Source: Azolla caroliniana
Lineage: Eukaryota > Plantae > Polypodiophyta
DNA: 26,097 nt
Assembly: GCA_043228905.1 (NCBI GenBank)
Contig: JBHGNT010000432.1
Coordinates: 1-26,097, forward strand
Direction: 5' to 3'
Shown: positions 9,699 through 17,808 of the stretch, in pieces
Layout: each line of letters starts with the position of its first letter
Numbering within the stretch: position 1 is the first letter of the stretch
Made by a program: the position numbers and the translations under genes
The notes under the pieces: generated by a model
Seen by the model: the letters and a program-made list of their open reading frames with translations, nothing else
What the model was told of the DNA's origin: nothing
Database searches by the model: none

Positions 9699-11897
9699 AT
9701 GGCGTCCTCAAGCAACCAAGCAGGAAATCTTGAAAGGATGATGCTAATCGTCGAGCAAATGATGAGATCTCGGGACAACGACGCGAGCGTGGAGAAGGCT
9801 GTCGATCGTGTCGTAGAGCTCGAGGGCCAATTCGATGGAAGGAACGTTACGAAGTTCCTTGATGCATATAGAAGGGAGATGAATCAGAGGGACGTGTCCG
9901 AGGCACGTCAAATCGCAAGCTTCAAGAGAGTTGTCGCCAACAACATCCAAAGACGCGTCCTCGAGCTTCAAGAAGGTAAGACAACATGGACCGAGTTCGA
10001 GAAAACGATACTAGCGGAGTTCGTGACTGAAGACTCAACGAGGATGACTCGACATGCCCTGATGAAGTGGATAGAGAAGAAGAATAAGAAGATGAGCGTC
10101 TCGAGGGTGTACGACGAATTCGACCAGATGTTTAGTCGTCTCCCCAATACGGACCAAGTGTTGCTTGAAGAGGACAAGACTTTGTACTTCTTGAAGGCCG
10201 TGGACATAAAGGATAGACGGGAGTTGGGAACTCTTCTCGAAGATGATACCCAAGCAAATGGGCTCGTAGTGGACTGGATCGCGATGAAGCGGGCATGCAA
10301 TAGGCTCGACAAGCGTCGCCAATGGGTTGATGACACCGACTTGATGGGATCGACTACCACGGAGAAAGCAAGACCACCGAAAGTAGCTGAGCCCCCAAGA
10401 CAAAGTAACGTGGAAGAAAAGAAGATTGATGACGACATCATTGAAGAGCTAGCGAAGAAGTTCGAGAAGGTCACGCTAGCCAACATGAATCGTTGGGGCC
10501 CTAAAGGAAAAGAACCCTTTAGATGCGTGTGGTGCGATAGCATGGACCACATGAGAAGGGATTGTGCGAGCCTTCGAGAGGCGATTCGACAAAATATCGT
10601 ATACATAGAGGACAACATGATCTGCTCAAGCGAGACGAGAAGACCCCTACGGGTGAATTTTGGAAGAGGAGGAATGAAGAGATCTATGGAGGATGCCGAT
10701 GCGACTCATGTGGATGCGATGCACTATGTTGCGTCGGCCGGAATAAGAGTCGGGAAAGACAAGATTGAAGCTGCTAGAGCGGGAGCAAAGTTTTGGACTT
10801 CCGTTCTCGAATATGAGAAGAAGGGAAAAATCACATCGAGCGAGGTAGAGCTTGCGGACCGAAGCGTGCAAAGCATAACCGGGTGGTCGGATCCGGTGGA
10901 CGACAACACCATACTCGCAGAGGTGATGTGCGACAACCACGAGGTGTTCGTCGAAGAAAAGAGAAAGAGAATAGAAGAGCAAAGGCCATAAAAAAGACAT
11001 GAAACAAGGAACGCGAAAAAGAAGGACGATGCGGAGACGAGTCGACCTTTACAAACGGAGGAACGAGAATCAAGCCGAAAAGGGGAGCCGAGCATACGAG
11101 TTGAAGAAACGGTTCGGCCCGTGAAGGTTGGTGTCGAAGACCCCGCTCGGAGGACAAGGACCATACCTACCTATAAGCTAAGGTCGGACATAGAGCAGAC
11201 GACGGACCTAAAGAAGATTCTCGAAGAACGAGTTCTTGATAGCCACGTAACTTTGTCCTTGAGGGAATTGCTTGGCATTACGAAGAAGGAGTTCCATGAC
11301 ACGATCGTGGACCTTGTAAAGAGAAAGAGACAACAATCGGACGAGGAAGAAGAGAAGCCGCAAGAAGCAAAAACGAATGCCATAACGATGGCAAGAGACA
11401 AAATCGATGAAGATATGGTGGACAACCACTACACTCGACCTCATTGGGCACGAGCGACAACGGAGACGCCAGTGAAGATCGGGGAGAAGAAAGAGACCGT
11501 CGTAGCCTTGATCGACCACGGCTCGGAGATCAACCTCATGTCAACCGACTTCTACAAAAAGGGAAGATGGCCAATCAATACAAACCACGGATGGAAGATT
11601 CGTGCGGCAACAAAGTCTACGGAGGACTTGTACGGAGCTTGTCCCAATGTCAAAGTCACGATCGGGGATGTGGAGATGGATCAACACTTCTTCGTACAAG
11701 AATCAACGTCGCATCCTGTCATCCTAGGGCAACCTTATATCACATCATCTCGGATGGAGACCAAAGTGTTCGATAATGGAGCAGCCTTCGCACGAATAAA
11801 GAGTCTTGACAACCAAAGATCGGTCCAATTCCTAACGGTGCGAGCCAATCATGAAAGGAATCAAGATAGTCTCGGAGGCGAATCCTCGGATTTTTAG
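9699..11897 (+). CDS. gag: Gypsy C gag-protease polyprotein, interrupted by one in-frame TAA at 10989-10991
   Basis: ORFs 9693-10991 and 11121-11897 share a frame that is open from 10992; CCHC knuckle CVWCDSMDHMRRDC; aspartic protease ALIDHGSEINLM...VILGQPY. Confidence 0.88.
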
Positions 11898-11950
11898 AGC
11901 GGACTATTGAAGCATGGGGCACAAATAGTCTGAGCAATCACAAGACCCCA
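11888..11950 (+). promoter_or_regulatory. Predicted -1 programmed ribosomal frameshift signal (slippery heptamer plus pseudoknot)
   Basis: G GAT TTT (11888-11894) directly before the gag-PR stop; 5-nt spacer; 9-bp stem 11900-11908/11924-11932; loop TGGGG (11915-11919) complementary to CCCCA (11946-11950); pol lies in the -1 frame. Confidence 0.8.
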
Positions 11951-14900
11951 CAAGAAAGAAGAGTGCGTGGATTGCAAGGAGAAGCAACATGTGTCACACC
12001 TAGTGGCGCATGTAAACTAGTACTACCCGACAAGAAGCACAAGCACCGGATACAAGAATTCGAGAAGATGCTGAAAGAAGAGAACATAATAGAAGAAGGG
12101 GAGTTCGTGACTCATATTATGGAAGAAGCCTCATTTAACGACACCATCGGCGAAATCGAGGACGTCGTGGACGTGAGCTATCTTCACAACCAATGCGTGA
12201 TTTCGGTTAACTCTGTCAACATGTACGCTATCATCGATGAATACCGTCGTGGCATCTCGATGAAGGAAGCTGACATCAACACGAAATATAAAACGGTGGA
12301 TAAGAAGATCAAGCCAGTTGCGGTTCCGCTACCGGAAGATAGCTGGCAAAAGATGAAGGAAGTCGCTAACGATCCAAGCTTAAGAGATCCGAAGAAGATA
12401 GGTCATGTCTTCACCAAAGAGACGAAGGGGAAGCTACGAGTTGGAAAGGAGAATTTCCTTCTCCCTGAAGAGGACCGAATGTTTCGCGATATGCTTGAGA
12501 GACATGGGAAGGCTTTCGCATTCTTCCCACGAGAAATCGGATGCGCCGACCCAAAGGTTATAGAGCCAATGGTGATCTTCACGGTGCCTCATGTGCCTTG
12601 GAACTTGAAACCGATACCGGTTCCGAGAGCACACCTTCCGAAGCTGATCGAGCTCTTAAAGGAGAAGGTGAGTATGGGAATTCTAGAACCGTCGAATGCT
12701 CCTTATTCCAATAGGTGGTTCACGGTGCCGAAGAAGAATGGATCATTGCGATTCATCCAAGATCTTCAACCCGTCAACAAGGTGACAATTCGAAATGCCG
12801 GAATCGGTCCGAGCGTGGACGAATTTGCCGAAGCGTTTGCGGGCCGGTCCATCTACTCCATTGGCGATCTCTACTCCGGATATGACCAATTCCAATTGGC
12901 GATCGACAGTCGGGACATTACAACCATGAGGACTCCGATCGGGCTTGTGCGGATGTGTACCTTACCCCAAGGCGCAACGAACTCGGTGGCTCATATGGTG
13001 AATGCCATGAATAAAGTCTTGAAGGATTGCATTCCGGACATCACGATGCCATTCTTGGATGATATTCCGATAAAAGGATGTTCGGATGAGGAGAAAGATG
13101 AATCGAAAGATAAGGAAGGTTGTAGAAAGTTCGTTGCGGATCATATGAAAGATTGCGAGAAGGTGCTTCAAAGGCTCGAAGATGCGAATTTGACATTTTT
13201 GGGAGAAAAATCCGCATTCGGGCAACCGAAGATCTTGGTGGTAGGTCACTTGTGTGGAGCATACGGCCGGAAGCCCTCGCCATCCAAAGTGAACGCAATC
13301 CAAGACATGAAAGAAGAATGCGAAAACCAAACGGAGGTTCGAAGGTTCCTTGGAGCGTGCGCGTTTTATCATATATGGATTCCTCACTACGCTCATGTCG
13401 CCGAACCGTTATATGGACTACTAAAGAAAAGAATAAAGTTCGAATGGCGAGACGAGCACACAGAGGCGATGCGAAGATTAAAGAAACTGCTTCTTGAAGC
13501 TCCGGCACTAAGGAAGGCCGACTATGCCGAAGGGAAACCAATTTACGTGACCGTAGATACGAGTCCAACCGGAATCGGGTGGGTCATCAACCAAGAAGGT
13601 GAAGATAATGCGCGATATGCCGTCCGGTTCGGAGCAAAGGTTCTCAGCGAACGGCAACAAAGATATGCCCAAGTCAAGCGGGAACTTTGGGGTATTGTGT
13701 CGGCAGTGAAGACAGACAAAGATTACCTGATCGGGTCAGAAGTGATAATAGAGACAGATTGTCTCCCAATTCTCGGAATGGTCTCGGGATGTGCTATCCC
13801 AGATCTTGCTATGCTAAGGTGGATCGCCTACATCAAGTCTTTAAACCCAGAGATCCGTCACATCGCAGGGAAGAAGAACGCCATGGCTGACATGCTGTCG
13901 AGGGCAAGATTTTCAAATGGAAGTAACATGGTTTCGGAAGATGAAGATGTCGCCCTCGACTTCTTCAAGATGGCTCGATTGTCGGCGGAAGACCAGGACA
14001 CGCAAACCCTCCACGCCTTCAACGAGAATGAGTACGAAGGAGAATGGTTACTCATCGGTAGATTCCTAAGAACATTGACGACAGATGCTTCGTTGACAAA
14101 GGAGGAGGCCCTACGAATCCGAAAGAAAGCTTACCGATACTTCTTGAAGGGAGGATTCCTTTGGCGACATCCAAAAAGAAGGACAGGAATACCACGTCGA
14201 GTGGTGGTAAAGAAAGAAGAGCAAGAGACGCTGATGAACGAATTCCACGAGAGTGCTTGGGCAGGTCATAGAGGAACATGGGTGACATTCGAAAAATTGA
14301 AGGAGAAGTACTGGTGGCCAAGCATGTACAAAGATGTACTCCATTTAGTGTCCACATGTGAAACTTGCCAAATATATTCAAATATACGTCATCGTGATGA
14401 GTTAAAGCCGACATACCCACTCACCATTCACTTCAAATGGATGGTGGATCTGGTCTCGATGCCAATGGGAGTGGGACAAATGAAGTACTTAGCGTTGGCA
14501 AGGGAAGACTTGACAAATCAAGTGGAAGGACGAGCATTGACAAATAAGACGACTTCAGCCGTTTGTAAATTTTTACTTGAAGATGTTGTTTGCCGATATG
14601 GATGTGTAGGGAAGATAGTGGCCGACCGAGGGGAGTTGGACGCGCACGAAGCGACGGAGCTCTTCGAAAGACTAGGCGTGAAGCTCTCCCTCACGACTGC
14701 CTACAATCCGGAAGCAAATGGGAAGATCGAGCGAGGGCATGGACCTATCGTTAAAGCCATCGTACGGGCATGCAACGGTCGAGTCGGGAATTGGCCACGA
14801 CTATTACCCTATGCCTTGTGGGCCGATAGAACGACACATAGCTCGGTGACAGGGTATATGCCGACAGAGCTTATGTATGGACAAAAGCCGATTATGCCCA

Positions 14901-15244
14901 TCGAAGGGACGATCGCCTCATGGGTAGCGATACCGTGGGAGAACGAGATGAGCCGAGAAGAGTTATTAGCGGCGCGGATAAGGCAACTTGAAAGAAGACT
15001 TGAAGATTTAGAAAAAGCGCGAAAGATGATGAAGGCAACCCGAGTAAAGAACAAAGTTCGGTTCGACAACACGCATCGACTTCGTCCCAAGAAGATTGAA
15101 GAAGGGGATTGGGTTTTGGTTTACGATAGCACCCTTGACAATCAACACAGTACAACAAGGAAGTTCGCAAGAAGATGGTTCGGGCCGTATGTGGTGACAA
15201 GTGCCAACGATAATGCCACATACCCATTGTGGGAAAAAGAGTAA
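11888..15244 (+). CDS. pol: Gypsy C pol: reverse transcriptase, RNase H, integrase
   Basis: RT DLYSGYDQ..LPQG..PFLDD; RNase H VDTSPTGIG..EL..ETD..ADMLSR; integrase HHCC (FHESAWAGH..CETC), DDE core (MVDL..ADRG..KIER) and GPY motif; frame open from 11870; C-terminus apparently frameshifted at about 15223. Confidence 0.95.
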   Translation, partial: GFLERTIEAWGTNSLSNHKTPQERRVRGLQGEATCVTPSGACKLVLPDKKHKHRIQEFEKMLKEENIIEEGEFVTHIMEEASFNDTIGEIEDVVDVSYLHNQCVISVNSVNMYAIIDEYRRGISMKEADINTKYKTVDKKIKPVAVPLPEDSWQKMKEVANDPSLRDPKKIGHVFTKETKGKLRVGKENFLLPEEDRMFRDMLERHGKAFAFFPREIGCADPKVIEPMVIFTVPHVPWNLKPIPVPRAHLPKLIELLKEKVSMGILEPSNAPYSNRWFTVPKKNGSLRFIQDLQPVNKVTIRNAGIGPSVDEFAEAFAGRSIYSIGDLYSGYDQFQLAIDSRDITTMRTPIGLVRMCTLPQGATNSVAHMVNAMNKVLKDCIPDITMPFLDDIPIKGCSDEEKDESKDKEGCRKFVADHMKDCEKVLQRLEDANLTFLGEKSAFGQPKILVVGHLCGAYGRKPSPSKVNAIQDMKEECENQTEVRRFLGACAFYHIWIPHYAHVAEPLYGLLKKRIKFEWRDEHTEAMRRLKKLLLEAPALRKADYAEGKPIYVTVDTSPTGIGWVINQEGEDNARYAVRFGAKVLSERQQRYAQVKRELWGIVSAVKTDKDYLIGSEVIIETDCLPILGMVSGCAIPDLAMLRWIAYIKSLNPEIRHIAGKKNAMADMLSRARFSNGSNMVSEDEDVALDFFKMARLSAEDQDTQTLHAFNENEYEGEWLLIGRFLRTLTTDASLTKEEALRIRKKAYRYFLKGGFLWRHPKRRTGIPRRVVVKKEEQETLMNEFHESAWAGHRGTWVTFEKLKEKYWWPSMYKDVLHLVSTCETCQIYSNIRHRDELKPTYPLTIHFKWMVDLVSMPMGVGQMKYLALAREDLTNQVEGRALTNKTTSAVCKFLLEDVVCRYGCVGKIVADRGELDAHEATELFERLGVKLSLTTAYNPEANGKIERGHGPIVKAIVRACNGRVGNWPRLLPYALWADRTTHSSVTGYMPTELMYGQKPIMPIEGTIASWVAIPWENEMSREELLAARIRQLERRLEDLEKARKMMKATRVKNKVRFDNTHRLRPKKIEEGDWVLVYDSTLDNQHSTTRKFARRWFGPYVVTSANDNATYPLWEKE

Positions 15245-15400
15245 AGATTTTCAAGAAAAGACAAGACAAGGATCCTGACCTCGATTACCTCGACGATGAA
15301 CATAATAGGCCGGATGAAAATGAAGACATCGAGGAATCTAATTGATCATCGTAGCCGAAATCTCACTTCTTCTCTTCTTGGCACGTACCAGAGGACGTGT

Positions 15401-15417
15401 GGTTTGGTGGGGGTGGA
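15401..15417 (+). promoter_or_regulatory. Polypurine-tract-like G-rich run of Gypsy C
   Basis: GGTTTGGTGGGGGTGGA immediately before the TG of the 3' LTR. Confidence 0.75.
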
Positions 15418-16423
15418 TGTCGTGAAGATTTTCGGCAATAGTGTGAAAATCCCATAAAACGTACGAAATCAAGTATGAATCACGTAGTACAATAATTGTG
15501 AAGATAACATTTTAAATAGATTTAATATCTAAGTACAAAATGATGGAGGTTTCGAATGCACTTTATTACACGAGAAACAGACAACTAAATGTCAAGATAT
15601 GAGGGTATAAAGTCTGTAAAAGGAAAGGAGAAAATTGTGAGATATCCCACATAGGCACGACAAATACAACTCTCATCATATATAAGGTGGAGCAAAAGAT
15701 ATTATCATTGTGTCTATGTGTGGAGCATAGAGAGTTCAAGGTAACTTGAACTAAGAGTGGAGGTGGGCTAGCTACTCGTAAAGGGTTTTGGCCAACCAAA
15801 ACCGGACCGGCGATGGAGCCGGTGATCCAGCGGCAGCCGACGACGGTGATCCGACGGCATCCGGCGAGGCACCGGTAATCGACGACATCCGGCGAGGCAC
15901 CAGTAACCGACGAACCGGCGTCCGGTGACTAGATAAATAAATATATAAATATATATACATATTTACATATACAAGGAGGGCAAGAAAGGATTCAAACCTT
16001 GCACCTCCAAGTTAGGAGTCAATTGGCTTACCATTAAGCCATGCTATTTAGTTGAAATTATATTTCTATCATTGTACTTTTACATGTAAATTCTCATACA
16101 TGGTTATCATGCACCACATGTAATACATAAGCGCCAAATGGCAAACATGCAATTTATGCATGTCTTGTACCCTCACATGCATCATATGCATGAGAGCATC
16201 TATAAAAGAGGGAAGGGGGAGGAGAAAAGACACGATTTTTTTTGTATGAAAATTAAGAAGAAGAAATTCGTTATCAAATTGATCGTGTAATCTCAACTTC
16301 TCTCTTTCCCAATCTATCTTAAGTACTTTCTCGCCAAAGCTTGTATCGACTCTAAATCCTTCTGGTCCAGAACCCCGGCGGTTCCGCCTCACGATCCGCG
16401 CGTAGTGACGCATCTTCACGACA
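15418..16423 (+). repeat. Gypsy C 3' LTR (1006 bp)
   Basis: Direct repeat of 8668-9631 with about 9 substitutions by eye outside the GC-rich array, which is 42 bp longer here. Confidence 0.97.
15978..16048 (-). other. Second copy of the tRNA-derived module (3' LTR)
   Basis: Same sequence as 9184-9254. Confidence 0.6.
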
Positions 16424-16427
16424 CCGG

Positions 16428-17236
16428 CGAGGCAGAAGTACACAGATGGTGAGAGCATTGTAGTTCACATCAATACATTCATGGGTTTAGTGAACCAACT
16501 AGCCTCAGCCAAGATGCAACTAGATGATGAGTTGTAGGCTTTGTTGGTACTTTCTTCCCTACCGGACAATTGGGAAACTCACGTTGTGTCATTGAGTAAC
16601 GCTTGTCAAGAAGACAAGTTGTCCCTAGAGGCTATAAAGGAAAGTCTTCTAAATGAATAGATGAGAAGAAAAGAAATGGATACCTCGTCTGATCAGAGGC
16701 AAATGTGACACAAGATCCCAATAGAGGAAGGAGTAAGCAAAGGGGTTCTTAGAACCGTGACAAGTCCAAAGGGAGGTCAAAGTCTAGGGGTAAAGTCACG
16801 TGTTTCTATTGGGGGAAACCAACGCATTTCCATAAGAACTATCGACATTTCATGAGGGAAAAATGAAATGACGATAGTACAAAGCAAAAGAAAATTACAA
16901 AGGAGAAAAATACCTCAGCCATTGCTACTAGTGAGCAGGAGTTGCTTGCTGTTCATAACTGAACAAGCTTGTGTGAACCTTGCTAGTGATGAGTATACTT
17001 GGGTTGTTGACTCCGGTGCATCTTTTCACTTGATTCCCAAGAGAGAATGCTTCTAATCTTATACACCTGGGGAATATGGCCATGTAAAGATGGGGAATGA
17101 TAGATCATGTAGGATTGTTGGCATTGGAAATGTTTGTTTGCTGACATCAATTGGTTGCAGGATGATGTGGAAAGATGTATGCAATATTCTTGATGTTAGA
17201 TTGAATATGATATCTACTGGATGACTTCATGATGAA
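16428..17236 (+). pseudogene. Copia A gag (3' part), decayed zinc knuckle and aspartic protease
   Basis: KYTDGESIVVHINTFMGLVNQL...LDDEL*ALLVLSSLPDNWET; decayed CCHC CFYWGKPTHFHKNY at 16801; WVVDSGASFH; VKMGNDRSCRIVGIGNV; stops and frameshifts. Confidence 0.88.
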
Positions 17237-17624
17237 TGAAAATTTTAAGAAAGAGTTCCACGGTGTCGCGGATGGGGTGAGACCACGGGGGTCTGGGACT
17301 AGGGAGTCGAAGGAGGGAGAGAGAGACTGCTAAGCTTACAGTGGGTTGTCTGACCTGGTCCCCGGAGGCCGGATACCAAGTGCACGGGCTTTGAGAACCA
17401 TATCCGATCCAACACTATAGACCGGAGAGAGAGAGAAACAACGTGCTCCTAGACACCATAGACCAATATACGAATAACGATGCAATATAGAGAGAGTGAA
17501 ACAATAGACACAGAGAGAGCAGATACAATAAAACCAATAATCAATAAACAGAGAAATAAGATACAGGACCGGCCTTGGGTCGGATACAGAGCTTGGAGCT
17601 CTACGAGAGCACGCGCACGCACGC

Positions 17625-17659
<35 letters not shown>

Positions 17660-17774
17660 CACTGATGAGCCTCTAGTTGGGAGCACACGGGCTTCCTATG
17701 CGAGCAGAGGCCTCATCCTCCCTAACCAAAAGCACAGAGCAGAAACAATAAAACAATCGACAACGCAAATCAAC
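17237..17774 (-). mobile_element. Partial LTR (R/U5 end) of a related Gypsy family, inserted in Copia A
   Basis: Ends ...TTTTCA on minus at 17237, where Copia A stops; minus-strand ACTCCCTAGTCCCAGACCCCCGTGGTC matches 23122-23148 of the Gypsy E LTR at 25/27 nt; right boundary approximate. Confidence 0.65.
17610..17662. repeat. (CA)n / CACG microsatellite
   Basis: CACGCGCACGCACG followed by an interrupted CA run. Confidence 0.9.
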
Positions 17775-17808
17775 GTCAAGATCAAAAAATACCTCAGCCA
17801 TTGCTACT

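Larger units (their letters stand above)
8668..16423 (+). mobile_element. Gypsy C: full-length young Ty3/Gypsy LTR retrotransposon (7756 bp), tRNA-Trp primed, no chromodomain
   Basis: Two near-identical LTRs with 12-bp terminal inverted repeats TGTCGTGAAGAT/ATCTTCACGACA; PBS; gag-PR; RT-RNaseH-INT order; PPT; CCGG on both flanks. Confidence 0.97.
5559..17236 (+). mobile_element. Copia A: old, 3'-truncated Ty1/Copia that hosts two nested insertions
   Basis: 5' LTR TGTTACG (5559) to ATATCA (8316), split by Copia B; decayed iMet PBS TAGTATTAGAGCC 8320-8332; gag from 8343, interrupted at 8667 and resuming at 16428; protease WVVDSGASFH; breaks off at 17236. The 5' boundary is less certain than the rest. 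Confidence 0.85.

Noticed and set aside
10986-10997. Programmed stop-codon readthrough between gag and protease
   Set aside because: Context CCA TAA AAA AGA lacks a CARYYA-type signal and TAA is the least leaky stop; a point mutation is simpler. Sister copies would settle it.
17662-17746. CTGATGAG followed by a stem, suggesting a hammerhead ribozyme (retrozyme)
   Set aside because: The stem CCTCT/AGAGG is followed by CCTCATC, which pairs back with GATGAG, not by the required CGAAA; no stems I/III found. It is a plain hairpin (17664-17717).
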